Of a DNA stretch of 32,000 nt, positions 1-9,426 are shown in pieces. Position 1 is the stretch's first letter. Each line of letters starts with the position of its first letter. Position numbers and translations under genes: made by a program. The DNA comes from Actinomycetes bacterium. Its GTDB lineage: Bacteria; Actinomycetota; Acidimicrobiia; Acidimicrobiales; Acidimicrobilacustridaceae. Below the pieces are notes generated by a model. The model searched no databases. It was not told the origin of the DNA and worked only from the letters and a program-made list of their open reading frames with translations. The stretch spans positions 4,903-36,902 of the forward strand of contig JAKOVR010000013.1 in the NCBI GenBank assembly GCA_029782025.1, given 5' to 3'.

Positions 1-2193
1 GATGCCCAAGCGCACCAGGTGCTCGGCGAACTCGGGCCGGTTGGACGGCGCCTGCCCGCAGAGCGACGAGGTCAGCCCCGCGGCGCGGGCGGTGCGGATG
101 ATGGCGCCGATGGCGCCGAGCACGGCGGCGTCGCGCTCGTCGAACAGCTCGGCGCAGATCTCCGAATCCCGGTCGACGCCGAGCATCAGCTGGGTCAGGT
201 CGTTCGACCCGATCGACACCCCGGTGATCCCCATCGAGGCGTAGGTCTCGAGGTGGTAGACGACGGAGGGCACCTCGGCCATGATCCAGCGCTCCAGGCC
301 CCGGTGGGAACCGAGCGGGTGCCGGTCGATGAGCTCGAGGCAGGCCTCGAGCTCCCACGGTGTGCGGACGAAGGGGATCATCACCCGCAGGTTCGGCGTC
401 TGCTCGTGGACCCGGGCCAGGACGTCGAGCTCGAGCGCGAACACCTCCGGGTCGTGCAGGTACCGGAAGCACCCGCGGTACCCGATCATCGGGTTCTCCT
501 CGTGGGGCTCGAACGCCTCGCCACCGTCGAGGTTGCGGAACTCGTTCGTGCGGAAGTCGGTGGTGCGGTACACGACCGGGCGCGGCGCGAACGCCGTGGT
601 GACCTCGAGCAGCGAGCGGGCCATGGCGTCGACGAAGTCGGCGCTGCGGCCGTCGGCGATCAGCTTCCGCGGGTGCGTGCCCCCCAGGGCGCTGGTCAGC
701 ATGAACTCGGCCCGCAGCAGCCCGACGCCGTCGACCGGGAGCGCCGCCGCGGCCGGGGCCTTCTCCGGGAAGGCGAGGTTCACGTAGAGCAGCGTGCCGA
801 TGGGCTCGAGACCGGCCGCCGGCGCTGGCGGCGCAGCCGGGGTCCCGACCGCCACGGCGGCGGCGGTGGGGGAGGGTGCGGTGGGCGCCGGCCCGGTGGG
901 GGTGCCCGGGGCGGCGGCTTCGACGGTGCCGCGGGCGCCGTCGACGGTGACCAGCTCGCCGTCGCGGAGCGCGGTGGTGGCCGTCCGGGCCCCGACGATC
1001 GCCGGCACGCCGAGCTCGCGGCTCACGATGGCGGCGTGGCAGGTCATCCCCCCGCCGTCGGTGACCACGGCCGCCGCCCGGCGCAGGGTGGGCACCCAGT
1101 CGGGGTTGGTCATCGGGGCCACCAGCACCTCGCCGGCCTGCAGGAGGTAGCCGTCCTGCGGGTCCCGCAGGATGCGGACCGGGCCCGTCACCACCCCGGG
1201 GGAGGCGGCGAGGCCCTGGACCAGCACCCCGCCGGGGGCCAGCGTGGTGATCGGGCGGGCCTGCACCAGGAACAGCGCGGCGGTGGCGTCGAAGGCGAAC
1301 TCCACGTCCTGGGGTCGCCCGTAGTGGGCCTCGACCCGCAGCACCAGCTCGGCCACGGCCAGCACCTGCTCGTCGGTGAGCACCCTCGCGCCACCCTCGG
1401 CCGGGTCGAGGTCGACCCGCTCGTCGTTGCCGTCGGCGCCCGTGCGGATGGCGAAGGCCTGGTGGCCGACGCGCACGCTGACCAGGCGGTGGTGGACCTT
1501 GTCGACCACGTAGGTGTCGGGCTCCACCAGCCCGCCGACGACCACCTCGCCGAGCCCGAGCGCGGCCTCGACCACGAGCCGATCGGGATCGGCGGTGCTG
1601 GGGTCGACGCTGAACGCCACGCCCGATCGGTCCGAGGCGACCATCGCCTGCACGACCACGGCGATGGCCGGCTCGCCCACCTGGCCGCGGCTGGCCCGGT
1701 ACGACAGCACCCGGGGCCCGTAGGCCGAGGCCCAGCAGTCGGCCACGCGTCGCAGCAGGTCGTCCCGACCCTGCACGTTGGTGAAGGTGGCGTTCATGCC
1801 GGCGAAGGACGAATCGGCGCTGTCCTCGCCGGCGGCGGAGGACCGCACCGCCACCCGGCCGCCGCCCATGGCCTCGTAGGCCCCGACGATGGCCTCGGCC
1901 AGCGGCCCGGGCACGGGCCGGCCGGTCACCAGCGCCCGCAGGCGGTCCGAGGCGGCCTGGAGGCCGGCCGGGTCGTCGACCGGCGGGGTGGCGGCCCCGG
2001 CGGCGAGCTCGGCCCGGACGCCGTTGTCCTCCATGGCGGCGAGGAAGGCCGGGGCGGTGATCACGAACCCCGGCGGGACCGGGAACCCGGCCGCCGTCAG
2101 CTCGCCGAGGTTCGCGCCCTTGCCCCCGAGCACGGCCTCGTCGGCCAGCGACGCCCGGGCGAAGGGAACGATCGGATCGTGGAGTTCGGCCAT
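1..2193 (-). CDS. ppsA: Phosphoenolpyruvate synthase (pyruvate, water dikinase); 3' end runs off the left edge
   Basis: Absent from the ORF track because there is no stop in the window. Own reverse-strand translation from ATG at 2193 gives [43 protein letters not shown] (ATP-grasp N-terminus). It has the phosphohistidine motif [24 protein letters not shown] and the C-terminal PEP-utilizer segment [17 protein letters not shown]...[21 protein letters not shown]. The frame stays open to nt 1. A Pro/Ala-rich linker is encoded around 800-900. Confidence 0.93.
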   Translation of the reverse strand, partial: MAELHDPIVPFARASLADEAVLGGKGANLGELTAAGFPVPPGFVITAPAFLAAMEDNGVRAELAAGAATPPVDDPAGLQAASDRLRALVTGRPVPGPLAEAIVGAYEAMGGGRVAVRSSAAGEDSADSSFAGMNATFTNVQGRDDLLRRVADCWASAYGPRVLSYRASRGQVGEPAIAVVVQAMVASDRSGVAFSVDPSTADPDRLVVEAALGLGEVVVGGLVEPDTYVVDKVHHRLVSVRVGHQAFAIRTGADGNDERVDLDPAEGGARVLTDEQVLAVAELVLRVEAHYGRPQDVEFAFDATAALFLVQARPITTLAPGGVLVQGLAASPGVVTGPVRILRDPQDGYLLQAGEVLVAPMTNPDWVPTLRRAAAVVTDGGGMTCHAAIVSRELGVPAIVGARTATTALRDGELVTVDGARGTVEAAAPGTPTGPAPTAPSPTAAAVAVGTPAAPPAPAAGLEPIGTLLYVNLAFPEKAPAAAALPVDGVGLLRAEFMLTSALGGTHPRKLIADGRSADFVDAMARSLLEVTTAFAPRPVVYRTTDFRTNEFRNLDGGEAFEPHEENPMIGYRGCFRYLHDPEVFALELDVLARVHEQTPNLRVMIPFVRTPWELEACLELIDRHPLGSHRGLERWIMAEVPSVVYHLETYASMGITGVSIGSNDLTQLMLGVDRDSEICAELFDERDAAVLGAIGAIIRTARAAGLTSSLCGQAPSNRPEFAEHLVRLGI

Positions 2194-2330
2194 CACCCGG
2201 AACGTACCGACGGGGGCCGGGCCGGGGTAGGGGCCAATGGCCCCGGCCAACGGGCCGGTCGGGTCCTGTGCCCATGGCCTCGGGACGTTGGACCCTGGAA
2301 CGCGGGGGCCGGCGCGGGAACGATGGCGCC

Positions 2331-3500
2331 ATGGGAGCACCGGTCGGGTCGACAACGTCTGCGTCGCCCCCCTCGTCCGTCCTGTCGGCCGGAGACCTCG
2401 ACGCGCTGATCGGCGGCCTCGCCGAGGACGGGTACCGCGTGCTGGGCCCCACCGTGGTCGACGCCGTGATCGACTGGGGGCCGGTGCGTTCGTCCGACGA
2501 CCTCCCGCGGGGCTGGGTCGACGACCAGCGGGCCGGCCGCTACCGCGCCGAGCCGTCCGACGCCGTCCACCCCGACGCCGCCTTCGCCTTCGCCTCACCG
2601 GCGTCGGCCCCGAAGCGGTGGTTCCTCCCTCCCACCGAGCCGCTGTTCCGGGCGACCCGGCGCCCCGGCGGGTCGATCGCCTTCCTGCCCGCTCCCGACC
2701 CGGACCCGGCGGTCGCCCTGGTGGGCGTGCGGGGCTGCGACCTGGCGGCGCTGGCCGTCCTCGACCGGGCCCTGGCCGCCGACCCCGCCTTCCGGCGCCG
2801 CCGTGACGCGGCGTTCGTCGTCGCGGTGGAGTGCGGGCATCCCGCCGACAGCTGCTTCTGCCCCTCGGCCGGCACCGGCCCCGGGATCCCCGACGAGGCG
2901 GCGGCGGCCGCGGGGGCCGACCTCGTGCTCACCGAACTGGTCGACGAGGCCGGCCCGCGCTACCTCGCGCGCCCGGTCTCGGCCGCCGGGGCCGAGCGGG
3001 TGGTCGGGCTCGGTGACCGCCGCCCCGCCACCCCGGCCGACATCGACGGTGCCGCCACCGTGGTCGCCTCGGCCCGGGACGCCATCACCCGCACGCTCCC
3101 CTTCGCCTCCGCCCCTGCCCTCGTCCGCGACGCGCCCGAGGCGGCGGCGTGGGACCAAACCGTCGAGGCCTGCTTGCTGTGCGGCAACTGCACGATGGCC
3201 TGCCCCACTTGTTTCTGCACGTCGGTCCACGACCGCACCGACGTCGCCGGCACGACGGCCGAGCGGTGGCGGGAGTGGGATTCGTGCTTCTCCCTCGCCT
3301 TCAGCGAGCTGCACGGCGGGTCGGTGCGCGAGAGCCCGGTCAGCCGGTACCGCCAGTGGCTCACCCACAAGCTCGGCATGTGGCCCGAGCAGTTCGGTTC
3401 GAGCGGCTGCGTCGGGTGCGGTCGGTGCATCACCTGGTGCCCGGCCGGCATCGACCTGACCCGGCACGTCGCCGCCCTCGCGATGGAGGTGGGGGCGTGA
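2331..3500 (+). CDS. hyhB: Hydrogenase Fe-S subunit, AsrA / sulfhydrogenase-beta-like (two 4Fe-4S ferredoxin-type motifs)
   Basis: ORF 2268..3500. Cys motifs [16 protein letters not shown] and [12 protein letters not shown]. The start is uncertain: ATG 2331 is preferred because codons 2268-2330 look non-coding. The stop overlaps the next start (GTGA at 3497-3500). Confidence 0.8.
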   Translation: MGAPVGSTTSASPPSSVLSAGDLDALIGGLAEDGYRVLGPTVVDAVIDWGPVRSSDDLPRGWVDDQRAGRYRAEPSDAVHPDAAFAFASPASAPKRWFLPPTEPLFRATRRPGGSIAFLPAPDPDPAVALVGVRGCDLAALAVLDRALAADPAFRRRRDAAFVVAVECGHPADSCFCPSAGTGPGIPDEAAAAAGADLVLTELVDEAGPRYLARPVSAAGAERVVGLGDRRPATPADIDGAATVVASARDAITRTLPFASAPALVRDAPEAAAWDQTVEACLLCGNCTMACPTCFCTSVHDRTDVAGTTAERWREWDSCFSLAFSELHGGSVRESPVSRYRQWLTHKLGMWPEQFGSSGCVGCGRCITWCPAGIDLTRHVAALAMEVGA

Positions 3501-3979
3501 AGTCGCTGCCCGAGCTCCTGAGCGAGCAACCGGTCTTCGCCGGGCTGTCCGAGTCCGATCTCGTGTTCCTCGCCGGGTGCTGCGGCCTCCACCACGTTCC
3601 CCACGGCGACGTCGTGTTCCGCGAGGGCGGACCGGCCGACCGGGCCTTCGTCGTGCGGTCCGGCCGTGTGGTCCTCGAGCTCCACGAGCCCGGGCGGGGC
3701 TCGTTCAGCGTCGGCACCGTCGAACCGGGCGAGGTGCTGGGCTGGTCGTGGCTCCACGCCCCGTACCGGTGGCGGACCGACGCCCTGGCGGTCGGGGACT
3801 CGAGCCTGTTCGCCTTCGACGCGGCCTGCCTCCGCCAGAAGCTCGAGGCCGACCCCCGCCTCGGCTACGCCGTCGTGCTACGCATGGCCGAGCTGGCGAC
3901 CGAGCGGCTGCACGCCACCCGGGTGCAGCTCATCGACCTCTACGGTCCCCGCAGCGGCGATCGCGAGGACCGGCGATGA
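3497..3979 (+). CDS. Stand-alone cyclic-nucleotide-binding (CAP effector-like) domain protein, 160 aa, no DNA-binding domain
   Basis: GTG at 3497 is in frame with the tail of ORF 3149..3979. Sequence [27 protein letters not shown]...GDVVFREGGPADRAFVVRSGRVVLEL...GEVLGWSWL...RWRTDALAV resembles a cNMP beta-roll with a G-E...R-T phosphate-binding cassette. Both ends are coupled to neighbours (GTGA and ATGA overlaps). Confidence 0.75.
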   Translation: MKSLPELLSEQPVFAGLSESDLVFLAGCCGLHHVPHGDVVFREGGPADRAFVVRSGRVVLELHEPGRGSFSVGTVEPGEVLGWSWLHAPYRWRTDALAVGDSSLFAFDAACLRQKLEADPRLGYAVVLRMAELATERLHATRVQLIDLYGPRSGDREDRR

Positions 3980-4809
3980 GCGGCTACGACGCCTTGTGGA
4001 CGCCGGTCCTCCACCGCATCACCCGGTGGCGCCGCGACCTCGACGACACGGTGACGTTCGGCCTGGCGCCGGTCGAGGGGGCCGAAGCCTTGGCCCCTCC
4101 CCGTCCCGGGCAGTTCCACATGCTGTGGGTGTACGGCATCGGCGAGGTGCCGATCTCGGTCAGCGGCATCGATCGCGACGGCACCCCCGTGGTGCACACC
4201 GTGCGGGCGGTGGGCCGGGTGACCGAGGCGCTGTGCCGGCTCCAGCCCGGCGACACGGTGGGCGTGCGGGGGCCCTTCGGTTCGGCGTGGCCCGAGGCCC
4301 GCCCCGGTGAGGACCTCCTCGTGGTGGCCGGGGGTCTCGGCCTGGCCCCACTGCGCCCGGTGGTGCACGCCGCCATCGAGGCGCCGGAGCGGTTCGGCTC
4401 CCTCACCGTGGTGATCGGGGCGCGGTCGCCGTCCGCCCTCCTGTTCGAGGAGGAGATCCGGTCGTGGTCGCACGAGGGCGTCGACGTGCGGGTCACGGTC
4501 GACTACGCCGATGCGGGGTGGCGGGGCTCGATCGGCGTCGTCACCCGCCTCCTGCGGGACGCCGTGCGGGATCCGGCCCGCACCGTGGCCCTCGTGTGCG
4601 GGCCCGAGGTCATGATGCGGGCATCGGCTCGGGAGCTGACGTCGATCGGCCTGCCGGGCGCGTCGATCCTGTTGTCGCTGGAGCGCAACATGGAGTGCGC
4701 CGTCGGGCTGTGTGGCCACTGCCAGCTCGGCGCCAAGTTCGTGTGCGTCGACGGGCCGGTGCTGAGCTGGGAGCGGATCGAGCCGCTCCTCGGCATCCGG
4801 GAGGTCTGA
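3976..4809 (+). CDS. hyhG: Hydrogenase FAD/NAD(P)-binding subunit with C-terminal 2Fe-2S motif (AsrB / sulfhydrogenase-gamma / PyrK-like)
   Basis: ATG 3976 lies within ORF 3577..4809. Ferredoxin-reductase-like fold signals include [13 protein letters not shown]-terminal motif [25 protein letters not shown] overlap upstream and TGATG overlap downstream. Confidence 0.85.
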   Translation: MSGYDALWTPVLHRITRWRRDLDDTVTFGLAPVEGAEALAPPRPGQFHMLWVYGIGEVPISVSGIDRDGTPVVHTVRAVGRVTEALCRLQPGDTVGVRGPFGSAWPEARPGEDLLVVAGGLGLAPLRPVVHAAIEAPERFGSLTVVIGARSPSALLFEEEIRSWSHEGVDVRVTVDYADAGWRGSIGVVTRLLRDAVRDPARTVALVCGPEVMMRASARELTSIGLPGASILLSLERNMECAVGLCGHCQLGAKFVCVDGPVLSWERIEPLLGIREV

Positions 4810-5564
4810 TGGCTGCCGGGCCGTCGCTGGCCGTCTGGAAGTTCGCGTCGTGCGACGGCTGCCAGCTGACCCTCCTCGACTGCGAGGACGACCTCCTCGA
4901 GGTGGCCGGGGCGGTGCGGATCTCGTCGTTCCTGGAAGCGTCGAGCGCGGTCGTCGACGGCCCGTACGACATCTCGCTCGTCGAGGGCAGCATCACCACC
5001 GAGGCCGACGCCGCCCGCATCCGTGAGGTGCGCGCCGCGTCGAAGACCCTGGTCACCATCGGGGCCTGCGCCACCGGCGGCGGCGTGCAGGCGCTGCGCA
5101 ACTTCGCCGACGTCGAGGAGTACCTGTCGATCGTCTACGCCCAGCCGCAGTTCATCGACACCCTCGATCGCGTGACCCCGATCGCCGACCACGTCCCCGT
5201 CGACCTCGAGCTCCGGGGCTGCCCCGTGACCCGGGCCCAGCTCCTCGAGGTGCTCGCCGCCCTGCTCGCCGGCCGCCGACCGGTGCTGCCGTCCTCGAGC
5301 GTGTGCGAGGAGTGCAAGCGGGCCGGCAACCCCTGCGTCCTCGTGGCCCACGGCACCCCGTGCCTCGGCCCGGTCACCCACGCCGGCTGCGGCGCCCTGT
5401 GCCCCAGCTACCACCGCGGGTGCTACGGCTGCTTCGGCCCGCACGACTCGGCCCGGCCCGGCCCCCTCGTGCCCCTGCTGCGGGCCGTCGGCTCGTCGGA
5501 CCCCCGCATCGTCGACCTGCTGCGCACCTTCAACGTGCACGACGGATCGGTGGTCTCGCCATGA
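4809..5564 (+). CDS. hyhS: [NiFe]-hydrogenase small (delta) subunit, NuoB-like
   Basis: ATG 4809 lies within ORF 4464..5564. Sequence [30 protein letters not shown]...[17 protein letters not shown]...RGCP, plus C-terminal Cys clusters [12 protein letters not shown] and [11 protein letters not shown]. Confidence 0.9.
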   Translation: MAAGPSLAVWKFASCDGCQLTLLDCEDDLLEVAGAVRISSFLEASSAVVDGPYDISLVEGSITTEADAARIREVRAASKTLVTIGACATGGGVQALRNFADVEEYLSIVYAQPQFIDTLDRVTPIADHVPVDLELRGCPVTRAQLLEVLAALLAGRRPVLPSSSVCEECKRAGNPCVLVAHGTPCLGPVTHAGCGALCPSYHRGCYGCFGPHDSARPGPLVPLLRAVGSSDPRIVDLLRTFNVHDGSVVSP

Positions 5565-6883
5565 CCCACCGGAGCCCTCCGTCGCGCACCGTGCGGGTCG
5601 ACGCCCTCTCCCGGGTGGAGGGGGAGGGCGGGCTCGACGTCCAGATCGAGGACGGTCGGGTCAGCGGGGTGCAGCTGCGCATCTACGAGCCCCCCCGGTT
5701 CTTCGAGGCCTTCCTCCGCGGGCGGCACCACACCGAGCCGCCGGACATCACGGCGCGGATCTGCGGCATCTGCCCCGTCGCCTACCAGATGAGCGCCTGC
5801 CTGGCCATCGAGGACGCCTGCGGGGTGCGGGTCGACGGCCCGCTGCACGAGTTGCGCCGGTTGCTCTACTTCGGCGAGTGGATCGAGAGCCACGGCCTGC
5901 ACGTGTACCTGCTGCACGCCCCGGACTTCATGGGCTACCCGAGCGCCATCGACATGGCGGAGGACCACCCCGACCTGGTGCGGCGGGGCCTGGCCATGAA
6001 GAAGGTCGGCAACGACCTGCTGGAGCTGATCGGGGGCCGGGCCGTCCACCCGGTCAACGTGCGGGTGGGCGGGTTCTACCGTCTCCCCACCGCCGCGGAG
6101 CTGGCGCCGATGCGGGAGCGCCTCTTGGTCGGGCTCGACGCCGCCCTGGAGACGGTGGCGTGGGTGGCGGGCTTCGACTTCCCGGACCTCGAGCACCACC
6201 ACCCCTACGTGGCGCTCGAGCAACCCGACGACTACGCCGTGCTCGGCGGCCGCATCCGCTCCACCGCCGGCCTCGACGTCCCGGTGGCCGACTTCGACCG
6301 GGCCATCGAGGAGACCCAGGTGCCGTGGTCCACGGCGCTGCACGCCCACCTGCTCGACGGCGACCACTACCTGGTGGGGCCGTTGGCCCGCTTCGCCCTC
6401 AACCGGGAGCGGCTCCACCCCGCCGCCCTCGCCGCCGCTGCCACGGCCGGGCTGACCGGGCCGTGTCGCAACCCGTTCCAGAGCATCGTGGTCCGGGCCG
6501 TCGAACTGGTGCACGCCTTCGCCTCGGCCGTCGACGTGATCGACGCCTATGAGCGGCCGGACCGCCCCGCCGTGGACGTGCCGGCTCGGGCCGGTGTCGG
6601 GCACGGCGCCACGGAGGCACCGCGGGGGTTGCTCTACCACCGCTACGAGCTGGCCGACGACGGCACGATCCTCGACGCCCGCATCGTGCCGCCCACCTCC
6701 CAGAACCAGTCGGCCATCGAGCACGACCTGTTCGACTTCATCGACGACCGGCTGGCCGATCACGACGACGTCGCGCTGGCCGCCGGCATCGAGGCGCTGG
6801 TGCGCAGCTACGACCCGTGCATCTCCTGTGCCACCCACTTCCTCGACGTGCGGGTCGACCGGACCGGGAGCGGCGCGCCGTGA
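5561..6883 (+). CDS. hyhL: [NiFe]-hydrogenase large (alpha) subunit
   Basis: ATG 5561 (ATGA overlap) lies within ORF 5303..6883. N-terminus [18 protein letters not shown]-terminal Ni-site motif [10 protein letters not shown], and C-terminal DPCISCATH followed by a 14-aa extension (a protease substrate). Confidence 0.93.
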   Translation: MTHRSPPSRTVRVDALSRVEGEGGLDVQIEDGRVSGVQLRIYEPPRFFEAFLRGRHHTEPPDITARICGICPVAYQMSACLAIEDACGVRVDGPLHELRRLLYFGEWIESHGLHVYLLHAPDFMGYPSAIDMAEDHPDLVRRGLAMKKVGNDLLELIGGRAVHPVNVRVGGFYRLPTAAELAPMRERLLVGLDAALETVAWVAGFDFPDLEHHHPYVALEQPDDYAVLGGRIRSTAGLDVPVADFDRAIEETQVPWSTALHAHLLDGDHYLVGPLARFALNRERLHPAALAAAATAGLTGPCRNPFQSIVVRAVELVHAFASAVDVIDAYERPDRPAVDVPARAGVGHGATEAPRGLLYHRYELADDGTILDARIVPPTSQNQSAIEHDLFDFIDDRLADHDDVALAAGIEALVRSYDPCISCATHFLDVRVDRTGSGAP

Positions 6884-7431
6884 GCCCGGGCGACGATCGC
6901 CGGGACCGCCGGTCCCTCGTGATCGGCGTCGGGAACGACGCCCGGGGCGACGACGGCGCCGGTCTCGCCGTCGCCGGGGCGGTGCGGGCCGCGCTCGGCG
7001 CCGCTGGGTCCGGAGGGCCGGACGCCGACGTGCGCGAGCTCGACGGGGAGGCGGCCCGGCTCATCGAGGCCTGGGACGGACGGGCGCTCGTGGTGGTCGT
7101 CGACGCCGCCACCCCGTCGGCGGCAGGAGGGCCGGCCGGCACGGTGCACCGCGTCGAGGTGGGCGACGAGCCGCTGCCGGCCTGGGTCGGCGGGCGCGGC
7201 ACCCACGACGTCGGGGTGGCCGACGCCATCCGGCTGGCCCGGGTGCTGGACCGACTGCCCGACCGGCTGGTGCTGGTCACCGTCGCCGGCGCCTCCTTCG
7301 CCGAGGGCGATGGTCTGTCGGCCGAAGTGGCGGGCGCCCTCCCGGCCGCGGTCGACGCCGTGTTGGCCGAGCTCGGTCCCCGGCCCGCGGAAGGGAGGTC
7401 GCCGTGTGCATCCACGTCATCGGCGAGGTGA
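6880..7431 (+). CDS. Hydrogenase maturation endopeptidase (HyaD/HybD/FrhD family)
   Basis: GTG 6880 (GTGA overlap with hyhL) is in frame with ORF 6817..7431. LVIGVGNDARGDDGAGLAV is the typical N-terminal motif. Sits immediately after the large subunit. Confidence 0.85.
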   Translation: MSPGDDRRDRRSLVIGVGNDARGDDGAGLAVAGAVRAALGAAGSGGPDADVRELDGEAARLIEAWDGRALVVVVDAATPSAAGGPAGTVHRVEVGDEPLPAWVGGRGTHDVGVADAIRLARVLDRLPDRLVLVTVAGASFAEGDGLSAEVAGALPAAVDAVLAELGPRPAEGRSPCASTSSAR

Positions 7432-7652
7432 CCGGCGTCGACGCCGGCGGGGGGACGGCGACGATCGTCATCGACGGCCGGGACGTGCCCGTGTCGCTGC
7501 TGGCGCTCGACGGGGTGCCCTCGATCGGCGACTGGGCCGTCGCCCACCAGGGTTACGTGCTCGAGGTGCTGCGCCCCGACGAGGCCGCGGCCGTGCTGGC
7601 CGCCCGCGCCGGGCTCGACGCGTGGAGAGAACCGGAGGAGGAGGGATCATGA
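7404..7652 (+). CDS. hypC: HypC/HupF-family hydrogenase assembly chaperone-like protein (82 aa)
   Basis: GTG 7404 is preceded by AAGGGAGG (7391-7398). The N-terminus is (M)CIHVIGEV, with the invariant Cys2. Size and position fit HypC. It overlaps the protease gene by 28 nt. Confidence 0.7.
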   Translation: MCIHVIGEVTGVDAGGGTATIVIDGRDVPVSLLALDGVPSIGDWAVAHQGYVLEVLRPDEAAAVLAARAGLDAWREPEEEGS

Positions 7653-8635
7653 CCACGAGGAACCGGGGCCTGCTGTTGGCCCTCGCCGCCGCGGCGATCA
7701 GCGGCGTGTCGGTGTTCGTCAACGGCTACGGCGTCAAGCAGTACCCCGACGCCACCGCCTACACCACGGCCAAGAACGCGGTCGCGGCGCTGATCGTCGT
7801 CGTCGCCGCCGTGGCCGCCGCCCGCCGCAGGGCGGCCGGGCGCGGAGCAGCCGCGGCAACCGCGGCCGTGGCCCCGACGGCCCCCGAGGCGTCGCCGGCG
7901 GCGCGCCGGCTCGGCCTCGTGGTGGTCGCCGTCGTGGGCGGCAGCACGGCCTTCGTGCTCTTCTTCGAGGGCCTGGCCCGGTCCTCGGCCAAGGACGCCG
8001 CCTTCATCCACAAGACCCTCGTCGTGTGGGTCGCCGTCCTCGGGGCCACGATCCTGCGCGAGCGGGTCGGGGCCCTGCACGTCGCCGCGGTGGCCGTCCT
8101 CGTCTCCGGGCAGGCGCTCCTCGGCGTCCGCCTCGGGGCCATCGGGGTGGGGAGCGGCGAGGCGATGATCCTGGCGGCGACGGTGCTGTGGGCCGTCGAG
8201 GTGGTGGTGGCCAAGCGGCTGCTGGCCTCGGTGCCCCCCACCACGGTGGCGGTGGCCCGCATGGGGGGAGGGGCCCTGCTGTTGCTCGGCCTCCTCGCCG
8301 TCCGAGGCGATCTCGGCCACCTCGTGCCGACCGATCGCGGCGCGCTGGTCTGGGTCGGGGTCACCGGCGCGCTGCTCGGCGCCTATGTGCTGACGTGGTT
8401 CCATGCCCTGGCCGCGGCGCCGGCGGTCGACGTCACCGCGCTGCTCGTCGCCGGCGCGGTCGTGACCGCCCTGCTCGACGCCGCCGTGAAGGGGGCGGCG
8501 CTCGGGCCCCTGGCCGGCGGGCTCGCCCTGATCGTGGCCGGCACCGCGGTGGCGCTGCGGGCGGCGCGGCCGACGTCGGCGCCCCGCGTGCCCCGGACCA
8601 CGGCGCCGTCGGCCGCGGGGGCGACGGCGCCGTGA
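7649..8635 (+). CDS. EamA/DMT-superfamily permease (about 10 TM helices)
   Basis: ATG 7649 (ATGA overlap with hypC-like) lies within ORF 7310..8635. The protein is hydrophobic, Ala/Val/Leu/Gly-rich with two repeated halves. N-terminus MTTRNRGLLLALAAAAISGVSVFVNGYGVKQY. Confidence 0.75.
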   Translation: MTTRNRGLLLALAAAAISGVSVFVNGYGVKQYPDATAYTTAKNAVAALIVVVAAVAAARRRAAGRGAAAATAAVAPTAPEASPAARRLGLVVVAVVGGSTAFVLFFEGLARSSAKDAAFIHKTLVVWVAVLGATILRERVGALHVAAVAVLVSGQALLGVRLGAIGVGSGEAMILAATVLWAVEVVVAKRLLASVPPTTVAVARMGGGALLLLGLLAVRGDLGHLVPTDRGALVWVGVTGALLGAYVLTWFHALAAAPAVDVTALLVAGAVVTALLDAAVKGAALGPLAGGLALIVAGTAVALRAARPTSAPRVPRTTAPSAAGATAP

Positions 8636-9426
8636 CCGCCACCGGGCTCCGGCCCCGGTCCGTCGCCGGGCCGACCCTGTTCGCCCGCTTCGCCTACCCC
8701 CCGAACGAGCGGGGGCTCTGCGGTCCCGACGACAGCGCCGCGCTGCTCGGCTACGCCGCCAGCGGCGTCGTCGACGGGGGGCTGCGGGAACTGGCCGCCG
8801 CCTTCGACGGGGCGTGGCCGTACCTGGAGCTGATCGCCGGCAGCAACGGGCGGCCCGACCCGCTCGACCCCGCCGTGGTCGAGGCCTACTGGATCGGCAA
8901 CGGCCTCTCCGACCGTGCCGCCGGCGCGCCGCTGGCCCGCACCGTCGTCGACCGGTTCCGTCCCCGGGCCGGCCGCCACACCGAGCACGTCCTCGACGCC
9001 GTGCGGGCCGGGCTACGGCCCACCCACTGCTTCCACGTCTTCGGCGTGTACCCCTGGGTGGGCCTCCTGAGGGACGGGCGGGCGCAGCCGGCGGTCGAGG
9101 TGCTCGACTGCTGCCGCATCCGCTGGGGGGAGGTGGTCGACCTCGACGGCGACTCGGCGGTGGTCCGCACTCGTCGCCTGGCCATGGGGCCCGACGGACG
9201 GACGGTCGCCCTCGGGCTCCCGGCCGACGAGGTGGTGCGGGTGGGGCGGGCGGGCGAGATGCTCGGCGGCCCGGTGGCGCCGGGTCGGCGCGTCGCGTTG
9301 CACTGGGACTGGGTCTGCCAGTCGTTGACCGACGCCCAGGTCCGCCGGCTGGCCCTCGACCTCGAGGCCTGTCTCGCTGTGGCCAACGCTCCGACCCTCA
9401 GCGGATCGTCGGCTCCGCGTGGGTGA
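8632..9426 (+). CDS. Conserved-looking hypothetical protein, Cys-rich, last gene of the hydrogenase operon
   Basis: GTG 8632 (GTGA overlap) lies within ORF 8026..9426. Motifs FARFAYPPNERGLCGPDD, HCFHVFGVYPW, LDCCRIRWGEV and WDWVCQSL. High GC3 throughout. I cannot assign a family with confidence; it may be an actinobacterial DUF. Confidence 0.65.
   Translation: MTATGLRPRSVAGPTLFARFAYPPNERGLCGPDDSAALLGYAASGVVDGGLRELAAAFDGAWPYLELIAGSNGRPDPLDPAVVEAYWIGNGLSDRAAGAPLARTVVDRFRPRAGRHTEHVLDAVRAGLRPTHCFHVFGVYPWVGLLRDGRAQPAVEVLDCCRIRWGEVVDLDGDSAVVRTRRLAMGPDGRTVALGLPADEVVRVGRAGEMLGGPVAPGRRVALHWDWVCQSLTDAQVRRLALDLEACLAVANAPTLSGSSAPRG

Noticed and set aside
2279-2298. A DosR-box-like sequence CTCGGGACGTTGGACCCTGG, 33 nt upstream of the hydrogenase operon start.
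   Set aside because: Only about 13/20 positions match the mycobacterial consensus TTSGGGACTWWAGTCCCSAA, with a poor right half. No comparable box is present in the other candidate promoters. It is too weak to call without the genome's own DosR motif.
19-2409. A very long plus-strand ORF (796 aa) opposite ppsA. Similar giants occur at 10537-12846(-), 10751-12868(-), 8886-10631(-), 23875-26679(+), 30365-31993(-) and 5423-6838(-).
   Set aside because: These are antisense or off-frame to genes with clear family motifs. The translations are Arg/Gly/Pro/Ala low-complexity strings, as expected from stop-codon scarcity in very GC-rich DNA. They show no motifs and no SD or start context.
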